From contig CAXXNO010000004.1 in the NCBI GenBank assembly GCA_963663235.2, forward strand, positions 416,001 through 480,000: a stretch of DNA of 64,000 nucleotides, in the 5' to 3' direction. The notes under the pieces were generated by a model. The model did not search any database. It saw nothing but the letters and a program-made list of their open reading frames with translations, and was not told where the DNA came from. The DNA comes from Dehalococcoidia bacterium. Its GTDB lineage: Bacteria > Chloroflexota > Dehalococcoidia > Bin125. Below are positions 11,533 through 19,988 of this stretch, piece by piece; the first letter of the stretch is position 1, and every line of letters begins with the position of its first letter. The translations under genes and the position numbers were made by a program.

Positions 11533-12936
11533 ATGGCCGGCGCGGACACCGAGCTTGCCTACGCGTCGATCGCCGACGTCGGCGCGCGGATCCGGCGGCG
11601 CGAGGTGTCGCCGGTGGAGCTCACCGAGCTCGTGCTGGCCCGCATCGAGGAGCACAACCCCGCGCTCAACGCCTACTACGCGCTGTTTCCCGAGCAGGTC
11701 CTCGCCGCGGCCCGCGCCGCAGAGCAGGAGATCGCGGCCGGGAGCTACCGCGGGCCACTGCACGGCATCCCGATCTGCATTAAGGACATCTACGAGAGCG
11801 GCCCGACGACCTGCGGGTCGAAGGCGCTCGACGGCTACGTGGCGGAACGAGATTGCACGGCGGTGGCGAAGCTCAAGCAGGCCGGCGCCCTGGTCCTGGG
11901 CAAATCCGCCACCTACGAGTTCGCCACCGGCTATCAGGTCACGGACTCCCACTTTGGGCCCACGCACAACCCCTGGAACCCGGCGTACGACGCCGGCGGC
12001 TCCAGCAGCGGCACGGGGGCGGCGGTCGCGGCGGGGCTGGCGTACGCGGGCATGGGCTCCGACACCGGTGGCTCGATCCGGTGGCCGGCGCAGGTGTCCC
12101 TGATCGTCGGGCTCAAGGGGACCTACGGCCGCGTCAGCCGCGCCGGCGTGTACCCGCTGGCCTGGACGCTGGATCATACCGGCCCGCTGGCCCGCACGGT
12201 GACCGACGCGGCGTTGATGTTGCAGGGGTGTGCGGGCTACGACCCCGGAGATCCGGCCTCGGCGGACGTGCCGGCGCCGGACTTTACGGCGAAGATCGGG
12301 CGGGAGATCCGGGGCATGAAGGTTGGGCTGCCGCGGGCCCTCTACGAGGAGAGTTGCGAGCCCGGCCTCCTGCAGGCGTTCAACGCGGCGCTGGCGGTGT
12401 TCGAGTCGCTGGGGGCGGAGTTGGTGGATGTGCCGTCGATCACGCTGACGCAGCTGCAAGCGGTGCAGTGGCCCATTGCGTTCGCGGAGCAGGCCGCCAT
12501 CCACCAGGCGAACGTGCGCCGGCGTGGCCAGGACTACAGCCCGCACCTCAGGCAGTTCGTGCAGTACGGCACGCTGATCCCGGCGGCGTACTACTTGTCG
12601 GCGAACCGGGTACGCGCGCAAGTGCTCGCCGACCAGGTCCGGATGCTCACGGAGGACGTGGACGTCCTGGCGCTGCCGACGACCGGGTTTCAGATCAACA
12701 AAGTCTTCGATCGGTCGCCGGGGCTCAGCCTCTTGTCTGCCGTCTTCTCGCTGTACACGCCCCTGTTCAACCTCACCGGCCTGCCATCGATCCAGGTTCC
12801 CTGCGGCTTCGATCAGCGTGGACTGCCGGCCGGGCTGCAGATTGCGGCGAAGCCGTTCGATGAGGCGACCGTGATCCAGGTGGCTTACGCCTACGAGCAG
12901 GCGGCGGGCTGGCACAGGCGGCACCCGGACCTGTAA
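11533..12936 (+). CDS. amidase signature family enzyme
   Basis: GPLHGIPICIKD (Lys), GGSSSGTG and GSDTGGSIRWP (Ser-cisSer-Lys triad). Confidence 0.9.
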   Translation: MAGADTELAYASIADVGARIRRREVSPVELTELVLARIEEHNPALNAYYALFPEQVLAAARAAEQEIAAGSYRGPLHGIPICIKDIYESGPTTCGSKALDGYVAERDCTAVAKLKQAGALVLGKSATYEFATGYQVTDSHFGPTHNPWNPAYDAGGSSSGTGAAVAAGLAYAGMGSDTGGSIRWPAQVSLIVGLKGTYGRVSRAGVYPLAWTLDHTGPLARTVTDAALMLQGCAGYDPGDPASADVPAPDFTAKIGREIRGMKVGLPRALYEESCEPGLLQAFNAALAVFESLGAELVDVPSITLTQLQAVQWPIAFAEQAAIHQANVRRRGQDYSPHLRQFVQYGTLIPAAYYLSANRVRAQVLADQVRMLTEDVDVLALPTTGFQINKVFDRSPGLSLLSAVFSLYTPLFNLTGLPSIQVPCGFDQRGLPAGLQIAAKPFDEATVIQVAYAYEQAAGWHRRHPDL

Positions 12937-12986
12937 CCGCCGGCCACGGATCGGTTGTGGTAGGTTCCCGTGCAAGGGGGCGGGAG

Positions 12987-15440
12987 ATGCTCAGCCCGTA
13001 CCGTGTGCTGGACCTGACGGATGAGCGCGGGGTGCTGTGCGGCCAGATCCTGGCCGACCTGGGCGCCGACGTGATTCAGGTGGAGCCGCCGGGCGGCTCG
13101 CCGGCGCGGCGGCTGGGGCCCTTCTACCAAGATGAGCCGTCGCCCGAGAAGTCGCTCTACTGGTGGGCCTACTGCCGCAACAAGCGCGGGATCACGCTTG
13201 ACCTCGACGACTCGGACGGGCAGGAGACGCTGCGCCGGCTCGTGCGGAGCGCGCACTTCTTCATCGAGTCCGAGACACCCGGCGTCATGGCCGCGCGCGG
13301 CCTGGGCTACGACGATCTGGCGCGCATCAACCCCGGGCTGATCTACGTGTCGATCACGGCGTTCGGGCAAGACGGCCCCAAGGCGGGCTGGGCCGGCACC
13401 GACCTGACCGTGCTGGCCGCCGGCGGGCCGCTGATCCTGGCCGGCGACCGCGACCGCGCGCCGGTCCGCGCGAGCGTGCCGCAGGCCTCCCACCACGCCG
13501 CGGGGGACGCCGCGGGCGCCGCGCTGATCGCCCACCAGGAGTGGCGCCGATCCGGCCTGGGCCAGCACGTCGACGTGTCGGCGCAGCAGTCGGTCGCGCA
13601 GGCGACCATGGCGCTGATCCTCTCGGCGCCCGTGGGGGAAACGGAGAGTGTCCGCGCCTCCGGCGGCATGGTGCTGGGGCCGCTGGAAGCGCGGCTGATC
13701 TGGCAGGCCACGGACGGGTATATCTCGCTGACCTTCTTCTTTGGCTCCGCCATCGGGCCGTTCACGCGGCGTTTCATGGAGTGGGTCTTTGAGGAGGGTG
13801 GCTGCGACGCAGCGACCCGCGACAAGGACTGGATCGCCTACGCGCAACTCCTGCTGAGCGGCGATGAGCCGATGGAAGAGTTCGAGCGCGTCAAACAGGT
13901 TGTGGCGGAGTTCATCGCGACGAAGAGCAAGGCCGAGTTGTTCGAAACGGCGCAGGAGCGGGGTTTGCTCATCGTCCCGGTCACGGAGATCGACGAGGTG
14001 GCCACGAGTCCGCAACTGGAAGCCCGAGGCTACTGGCGGACACTCGAGCACCCGGAGGTCGGAGCGTCGATTCGCTACCCCGGCCCGTTCGTCCAGTTCA
14101 GCGAAAACCCGATCGCCTACCGCCGGCGGGCGCCGCTCATCGGGGAGCACAACGCCGAGGTCCTCGGCGAACCAGTGGCGGACGCGCCCGCCGCGTCGCC
14201 CTCCCCCTCCGCGGAGCCCGCGGAGCCCGCGGAGCTGCCCCTGCGCGACGTCAAGGTGCTGGATTTCTTCTGGGTCGTCGCGGGGCCCACCGCGACGCGC
14301 GTGCTGGCCGACTACGGGGCCACCGTGATCCGGGTGGAATCGACGAAGCGGGTGGAGACGGCCCGCACCATTCAGCCGTTCCACAAGGGCCAGCCCGGCC
14401 CGGAGAACTCCAGCCTGTTCGGTACGGCGAATGCAGGCAAGCTGGGGCTGACGCTGAACCTGGGGACGGAGGAGGGACGCAACGTGGTGCGCGATCTCGC
14501 GCGCTGGGCGGACGTGGTCACCGAGTCCTTCTCCCCCAAGGCGATGCGCGCCTGGGGCCTGGATTACGAAGCGCTGGCGCGGATCAACCCCCGCATCATC
14601 ATGCTCAGCAGCTGCCTCTTCGGGCAGAGCGGCCCGCTGGCGGGGGTGGCGGGGTTCGGCACGATGGGGTCGGCGATCTCCGGCTTCATCAACCTGGCCG
14701 GCTGGCCGGACCGCCCCCCGGTGGGGCCGTTTGGGGCCTACAGCGACTACTGCGCCCCCCGCTTCACGGTGCCGGCGCTGCTGGCGGCGCTGGAGTACCG
14801 CGACCGCACGGGCAAGGGGCTGTACATCGATCAGTCCCAGGCCGAGTCGGCGCTGCACTTCATCGGCCCGGCGTTCCTGGACTACACGGTGAATGGGCGC
14901 GTCGCGAAGCGCAACGGGAACCGCGATCCGCTCATGGCGCCGCACGGCGTCTACCCGGCCTCCGGGGAGGATGCCTGGGTCGCCATCGCCGTGCGCGACG
15001 ACGACGACTGGCGGCGGTTCTGCGTCGCCAGCGGCCGGGCGGATTTGGCGGGCGACGCCCGTTTCGCCACGGCGGCGGGGCGCAAGGCGAATGAGGACGC
15101 CCTGGACGCGCTGGTGAGCGAGTGGTCGGCGTCGCGGCCGGCGGCGGACGCGGAGCGCGCGCTGCAAGCGCAGGGGGTGCCTGCCTCGGTGGTGCAGGGC
15201 AGCTCGCTCTGCGCGGCGGACCCGCAGTTGGGCCATCGCGGGCACTTCGTGGAGCTGGAGCATCCGGTGCACGGCACGACCATTGTGGAGGGGTCGCGCT
15301 TCCGGCTCTCTCGCACGCCCGCGGCGATCACGCGCGCCGCGCCGACATTCGGCCGCGATAACGACTACGTCCTGCGGGAATTGCTGGGCTACGACGAGGG
15401 CCGGATCGCAGATCTGGCGATCGCCGGCGCCTTGGAATAG
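12987..15440 (+). CDS. double-domain CaiB/BaiF family III CoA-transferase (BbsE-BbsF-like fusion)
   Basis: Two tandem modules (VLDL...LADLGADVIQVEPPGG and VLDF...LADYGATVIRVES). The catalytic-Asp region (GAYSDY) is evident only in the second module. Confidence 0.88.
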   Translation: MLSPYRVLDLTDERGVLCGQILADLGADVIQVEPPGGSPARRLGPFYQDEPSPEKSLYWWAYCRNKRGITLDLDDSDGQETLRRLVRSAHFFIESETPGVMAARGLGYDDLARINPGLIYVSITAFGQDGPKAGWAGTDLTVLAAGGPLILAGDRDRAPVRASVPQASHHAAGDAAGAALIAHQEWRRSGLGQHVDVSAQQSVAQATMALILSAPVGETESVRASGGMVLGPLEARLIWQATDGYISLTFFFGSAIGPFTRRFMEWVFEEGGCDAATRDKDWIAYAQLLLSGDEPMEEFERVKQVVAEFIATKSKAELFETAQERGLLIVPVTEIDEVATSPQLEARGYWRTLEHPEVGASIRYPGPFVQFSENPIAYRRRAPLIGEHNAEVLGEPVADAPAASPSPSAEPAEPAELPLRDVKVLDFFWVVAGPTATRVLADYGATVIRVESTKRVETARTIQPFHKGQPGPENSSLFGTANAGKLGLTLNLGTEEGRNVVRDLARWADVVTESFSPKAMRAWGLDYEALARINPRIIMLSSCLFGQSGPLAGVAGFGTMGSAISGFINLAGWPDRPPVGPFGAYSDYCAPRFTVPALLAALEYRDRTGKGLYIDQSQAESALHFIGPAFLDYTVNGRVAKRNGNRDPLMAPHGVYPASGEDAWVAIAVRDDDDWRRFCVASGRADLAGDARFATAAGRKANEDALDALVSEWSASRPAADAERALQAQGVPASVVQGSSLCAADPQLGHRGHFVELEHPVHGTTIVEGSRFRLSRTPAAITRAAPTFGRDNDYVLRELLGYDEGRIADLAIAGALE

Positions 15441-15463
15441 CGCCGGAGCCGGGCGGGCCGGTC

Positions 15464-16297
15464 TCAGCCCTCGCGCTCGAAGACCGCCCGCACGACCGCG
15501 ATGCGGCCCTCCTCGAGGTTGCGGGAGAGGTTCCCGATCGCCTCGCCAAACCCGGGGCCCAGGAGGACGGCCGGGCTGAGCGGCGGCGGGCCCTGGTCGG
15601 CGGCGGTCGCCCGCGCGGCCCGGACCCAGGCGATGGACTGATCGGTCACGTCCTGCCAGACGCGCTCGCGGAGGCCGCTTTGCTCGATGAGCGTGCGCAG
15701 CTCCTGGGCGCCCACCAGGAAGCTGATGGCGGGATCGCGAGCCCAGGGCACGGGAAAGTGGGGCTCCGGCGTTGGGCCGGAGAGGACTTCGTGCAGGATG
15801 AAGCGGCCGCCGGGCTGGAGGACTCGCAGGATTTCCGTGCAGAGGCGTCCCTTGTCCTGGATGTTCATTTGCGCGTGCTGCGTCCAGACGACGTCGTAGG
15901 ACGCATCGGCGAAGGGCGTGGCGAGGGCGTCGGCGCAGCGGATCTCCACCTGGTCGCTCAGGCCGGTGCGCGCCGTGAGGAGCTCGGCCGCTTGGCAGTA
16001 GGCCTCGGTGAGGTCGATGCCGGTGACGCGACAGCCAAACCCGGCGGCCAGCGTGCGGGCGGGTCCGCCGATGCCGCAGCCGATGTCCAGGACCCGCATT
16101 TCCTCCCGCAGACCGGCCAGGGAGGCGAGTGCGAGGGTCGCGTCGTGGCCGCCGATGTGGAAATGGTCGAGCGGCGCGAGGTCCGCCGGCCTGAGCGCAT
16201 CCAGGTCCTTGCCGGCGCGGGCGAGCGCTTCCAGGATCCGTCCCCCCAGATCCGGCCGGCCGTAGTGCTGGTTGACCGCTTCGGCGATGTCGCTGAC
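15464..16297 (-). CDS. class I SAM-dependent methyltransferase (sarcosine/dimethylglycine N-methyltransferase-like); start codon uncertain
   Basis: DHFHIGG, VLDIGCGIGGPAR, GIDLT and LQPGGRF motifs. A strong SD (AAGGAG) sits 6 nt before a GTC codon at 16297. Confidence 0.8.
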   Translation of the reverse strand, partial: VSDIAEAVNQHYGRPDLGGRILEALARAGKDLDALRPADLAPLDHFHIGGHDATLALASLAGLREEMRVLDIGCGIGGPARTLAAGFGCRVTGIDLTEAYCQAAELLTARTGLSDQVEIRCADALATPFADASYDVVWTQHAQMNIQDKGRLCTEILRVLQPGGRFILHEVLSGPTPEPHFPVPWARDPAISFLVGAQELRTLIEQSGLRERVWQDVTDQSIAWVRAARATAADQGPPPLSPAVLLGPGFGEAIGNLSRNLEEGRIAVVRAVFEREG

Positions 16298-16453
16298 GGG
16301 CCGCTCCTTTTTGTGCTGGGTCGGGCCCGGCACCCAGCGATAGCGTAGCGAACCGTCGAAGTAGGGGCCGCGGCGTCGCTGCGTCGCCGCCGTTTGCGAC
16401 GTTCGTCGGAGGAGGAATCCGTCCTTGGTCGCTCCGGAATCCCGAGGCACTGC

Positions 16454-16482
16454 CGTCACAAAGCCCCGCCGCATCGACCATA
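16454..16482 (+). promoter_or_regulatory. candidate ECF sigma promoter of the tasA/sipW operon (CGTCAC-N17-ACCATA)
   Basis: Same -35 hexamer pattern and spacing as three other island sites (25124, 34945 minus, 35186). Confidence 0.4.
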
Positions 16483-16617
16483 CAGGTAGAGGAAGTCTGC
16501 CGATTTTCCGGTCCCAAGTGGGGCCCGGCATCGGTAACGGGGGGAAAGAGGTCCAGAGGGCGTGACGCCATTGGACATCGGAGCGAATCACCACCCCGAT
16601 ACGGACGGGAGGCAGCG

Positions 16618-17160
16618 ATGCTGCGCCTGATTCTCACCCTCGTGGGAGTTATCGGTATTTCGACGGCCTTTGTCGTGACCGACACCCTGGCGGTCTACAC
16701 CGACCAGGAGACGAACAGCGCCAACGCCTTCGACACTGGGAGCGTGGATTTGGCCAACGCCCCGGACAGCGCCATCGTGACTTTCACCAACATGGCGCCC
16801 GGCAACTCGGTGATCCAGCCGCTGACTGTGACCAACAGCGGCTCGCTTGATCTGCGCTACGCCATGACGGCGACGGCGACCAACGCCGACAGCAAGAACC
16901 TCCGCGACCAGTTGCTGCTGACGGTGCGCACGCAGACGGCCAATCCGTGCTCCTCGGAGGACGGGGCGGTGCTCTACGGGCCCGCGGCCCTCTCAGCCGG
17001 CGCTTTCGGCGACGCGACCCAGGGGGCGCAGGCCGGTGACCGGACACTGTTGATCGGCACGAACGAATCATTGTGCTTCAAGGTGGAGTTGCCGGCGGCG
17101 AGCGCCAATTCCTTCCAGAGCGCGGCCGCGACCGTCACGTTCACGTTCGACGCGGAATAG
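16618..17160 (+). CDS. tasA: TasA/CalY (camelysin, M73-like) fibre subunit with SipW-type signal peptide
   Basis: GGAGG RBS; TLA|VYTDQETNSANAFDTGSVDL; NMAPGNSV..LTVTNSGSLDLRY; LCFKVELP; FTFDAE. The TAG is followed in frame by TTNNP-TAA. Confidence 0.8.
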   Translation: MLRLILTLVGVIGISTAFVVTDTLAVYTDQETNSANAFDTGSVDLANAPDSAIVTFTNMAPGNSVIQPLTVTNSGSLDLRYAMTATATNADSKNLRDQLLLTVRTQTANPCSSEDGAVLYGPAALSAGAFGDATQGAQAGDRTLLIGTNESLCFKVELPAASANSFQSAAATVTFTFDAE

Positions 17161-17201
17161 ACGACTAACAACCCGTAACCCCAGGAGCGACGCGGACGCT
17201 G

Positions 17202-18716
17202 ATGACAACCTCAAGGCACAAAAATCGATCGCGCTCTCGGCGGCCACTGCTATTGTTGCTGGCCGTTGTGGGCGCCGTCAGCCTGGCGATCGTTGGGACG
17301 GCGGGCCCGGCGCTGCTGCCGGGCGAAGGCTCCGGCGGCGACGATTTCACGGCGCAAGCCGCCGCCGACGCCGGCGGCGCGCTCAGCGCGCCGGTGAGTC
17401 CCGACGGCGACTGCGACACCGATGCAGCCGAACGCGGCGCAACCCTGCCGGACGAGTGCACTGAAGGCCGGAACGGGGGCGACCACACCGCCGCCGCGGC
17501 CGGCGAGGACGCCACGACCGACGAGTACATCCTCAGCGTCGCCGTGGTGGAGGACGGCGCCACGGACGGGGGCACTCCTGCTGCCTCTGGGACGGGCAAA
17601 CTCCCCGGCGGGCCGGGGGCCATCGAAGACCCGACCGGCGGCATTTTCATCAACTTTGGCGGTATCGAGGTCCGTGGCCGCGATGGCGAGCCGGCCGGTG
17701 GGGCTGACGCTGGGTCCGATCCGCCGGGGCCCAACGGGGCGTTTGGCCCCGGCGGCGGTGACCCGTCCGGTTCCTTTGTGGCGGGGGACGGCGATTCGGC
17801 CGGTCCCGACGCCTCGGACGGAATCTTTGGCTTCCAGCCCGACGACGGGGACGGCTCTGGCGCCGATGATGCGTCGTCCGGCTCAGGCGACTCCGGCGGC
17901 GACTCCGGCGGCGTCTTCGGCGGCGGCACTGGCAGCGGCGGCGGCGGCTCCGACGACGGCTCGGACATCGGCTCGGGCGACAACTCGGGCAGCGGCACCA
18001 GCGACGGCACGGACGACGGCTCGGGCGATGACTCGGGCAGCGGCACGGGCGACGGCACGGGCGATGACTCGCGCAGCGACTCGGGCGATGACTCGGGCAG
18101 CGACTCGGGCGACAGCTCGGGCAGCGGCTCCGACGAAGACTGCGACGACGGTTCCGACGACGACTGCGGCGACGGCACGGGCGACAACTCAGGCAGCGGC
18201 TCCGGCGGTGACTCCAACGATCCCCCGCCCCCGCCTCCGCCCCCACCCCCGCCCCCGCCCCCGCCGAGCGGAGGGGGCCCCGTGGATCTGGTGGCTTCGC
18301 CCGGGAGCGCGGTGGTCAGCTTCTCGAACATGGCCCCCGGCGACTCCGTGATCGCGGTGTTGGTGCTCACCAACAACGACTCCACCGAGCTGCGCTACGC
18401 CATGACGACCTCCGCCACCAACGCGGACGGCAAAAACCTGGCGGGCCAGTTGCTGGTGACGATCCGGCTGAAGACGTCGAATCCTTGCTCTGCGGAGGAC
18501 GGCGCGATTCTCTACGGCTCCGGGCCGTTGAGCGGCGCGGCCTTCGGCGATCCGGCGCAGGGAGCCCAGGCCGGCGACCGTGTCTTGGCGCCCGGCGCGA
18601 GCGAGCAACTGTGCATCAAAGTGGAACTCCCGCTTTCCAGCGGCAACGAGACCCAGAACGCGGCGACCGTGGCCCCCTTCGTTTTTGACGCGGAAGAGAC
18701 CTTCAATAACCCGTAG
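17202..18716 (+). CDS. N-terminally anchored or secreted protein with Gly/Asp/Ser stalk, polyproline hinge and C-terminal TasA-like domain
   Basis: Hydrophobic N-terminus and GSGDDSGS-type repeats. The C-terminal ~155 aa closely match the preceding TasA (NMAPGDSV, LRYAMT, NADGKNL, NPCSAEDGA, FGDPAQGAQAGDR, LCIKVELP, FDAEETFNNP). Confidence 0.75.
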   Translation: MTTSRHKNRSRSRRPLLLLLAVVGAVSLAIVGTAGPALLPGEGSGGDDFTAQAAADAGGALSAPVSPDGDCDTDAAERGATLPDECTEGRNGGDHTAAAAGEDATTDEYILSVAVVEDGATDGGTPAASGTGKLPGGPGAIEDPTGGIFINFGGIEVRGRDGEPAGGADAGSDPPGPNGAFGPGGGDPSGSFVAGDGDSAGPDASDGIFGFQPDDGDGSGADDASSGSGDSGGDSGGVFGGGTGSGGGGSDDGSDIGSGDNSGSGTSDGTDDGSGDDSGSGTGDGTGDDSRSDSGDDSGSDSGDSSGSGSDEDCDDGSDDDCGDGTGDNSGSGSGGDSNDPPPPPPPPPPPPPPPSGGGPVDLVASPGSAVVSFSNMAPGDSVIAVLVLTNNDSTELRYAMTTSATNADGKNLAGQLLVTIRLKTSNPCSAEDGAILYGSGPLSGAAFGDPAQGAQAGDRVLAPGASEQLCIKVELPLSSGNETQNAATVAPFVFDAEETFNNP

Positions 18717-18736
18717 CCGCCCAGCGCGGGGTGTGA

Positions 18737-19984
18737 ATGATGGAAAAATCTATGCCAGCCGCTTCGACCCGCATTCGGAGGATCGCACTCCGAACGGCGC
18801 TGCTTGTGGTCGTGGCGACGCTCGGTCTGGTGGTCACGGGCGCGCTGCCCACGCTGCTGGGCTATGACTCGTTTGTGGTCACGGGAAGCAGCATGGAGCC
18901 CACGGTACGCAAGGGCTCCGTCGTGATCGCGCGGCGGGTCGCCCCCCACACGATCGCGGCCGGCGACATCATCACGTTCCGCCGGACGCAGGATCCCGGC
19001 GTCGCGGTCACGCACCGCGTCATCGACGTGCGCGAAGTGGACGGTGTCCCGGTCTTCGAGACCAAAGGAGACGCCAACGAGACCGCGGATCCGGAGGCCG
19101 TGCAGGCCACCGCGTTGATCTCCAAGATGCAGTATTCCGTCCCCTATGTGGGCTACGTATTGATGTTCGGACGGTCGACGATGGGCAAGGCGGTGCTGAT
19201 TGTGGTTCCCCTGCTCGCTCTGGCCCTGAGCTTCCTCCCGGCCCGGCGCTTGCGCCGGAGGGACGGGGGGGTGGAGGCGACGGCGGCCTCGCCTGAGCCG
19301 AGCGAAGCGCCGGCGCGGGTCGCGCCAGAGGAGCCGCCGCCTGCGCGTCGGTTCCCGCCGGGCCCCGCGGCGGCCCCGGATCCGATGGCGGGCCCGGCCG
19401 TGATGGTGGCCCCGGCCGTGATGGCGGCCCAGCCTCCGACGGCCGTCCCGGCCCGTCCAGCGGCCCCGGCGCGTGCGGCGGCCCCGGCCGTGATGGCGGC
19501 CCCGCCTCCGATAGTGACTCTGCCTCCGACGGCGGCCCCGGTCCGTGCGGCGGCCTCGCTCCCTATGGTGGCCCCGCCTCCGAGGGCGGCCCCGGCCCGT
19601 GCCGCGGCCTCGCTCCCTATGGTGGCCCTGCCTCCGATGGCGGCCCCGGCCGTGAAGGCGGCCCCGCCTCCGATAGTGACTCCGCCTCCGACGGCGGCCC
19701 CGGCCCGTGCGGCGGCCTCGCTCCCTGTGGTGGCCCCGCCTCCGACGGCGGCCCCGGCCCGTGCGGGGATCCTGCTTCCTGTGGCGCGCCCGACCCCTAC
19801 GGTCCTCCGGGCCCCCGCGGCGGTCCCGGTCTCCGCGCCGCCCAGCATGGCGCTCGCCTCCGATCGCGGCGCAGCGACTTCGCAACGGCAGCCGGACCGG
19901 TCCCATAACGCCGCCGCCGCGGCGCGGGCGCGGATCCTGGCCAGGCTGACCGCTCAGGTGGCGCATAGAGGGGCGACGGCTTAA
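18737..19984 (+). CDS. sipW: signal peptidase I, SipW/S26B type, with Pro/Ala-rich repeat tail
   Basis: VVTGSSMEP (Ser), GDIITF, VTHRV (His), TKGDAN..D and VPYVGY motifs. Confidence 0.9.
   Translation: MMEKSMPAASTRIRRIALRTALLVVVATLGLVVTGALPTLLGYDSFVVTGSSMEPTVRKGSVVIARRVAPHTIAAGDIITFRRTQDPGVAVTHRVIDVREVDGVPVFETKGDANETADPEAVQATALISKMQYSVPYVGYVLMFGRSTMGKAVLIVVPLLALALSFLPARRLRRRDGGVEATAASPEPSEAPARVAPEEPPPARRFPPGPAAAPDPMAGPAVMVAPAVMAAQPPTAVPARPAAPARAAAPAVMAAPPPIVTLPPTAAPVRAAASLPMVAPPPRAAPARAAASLPMVALPPMAAPAVKAAPPPIVTPPPTAAPARAAASLPVVAPPPTAAPARAGILLPVARPTPTVLRAPAAVPVSAPPSMALASDRGAATSQRQPDRSHNAAAAARARILARLTAQVAHRGATA
19430..19770 (+). repeat. ~54-bp (18-aa) imperfect tandem repeats in the SipW tail
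   Basis: PPTAAPVRAAASLPMVAP / PPRAAPARAAASLPMVAL / PPMAAPAVKAAPPPIVTP / PPTAAPARAAASLPVVAP. Confidence 0.8.
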
Positions 19985-19988
19985 CGCG

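Noticed and set aside
12891-16685. 1264-aa minus-strand ORF and similar long antisense ORFs (e.g. 11161-12975, 18512-20233, 39577-41460, 47187-48782)
   Set aside because: Shadow frames of well-supported genes in high-GC DNA; Arg/Pro/Gly-rich with no family motifs.
17158-17160. Pyrrolysine or genome-wide TAG recoding
   Set aside because: Many genes here end cleanly at TAG at family-typical C-termini, and no pyl genes are present in the window.
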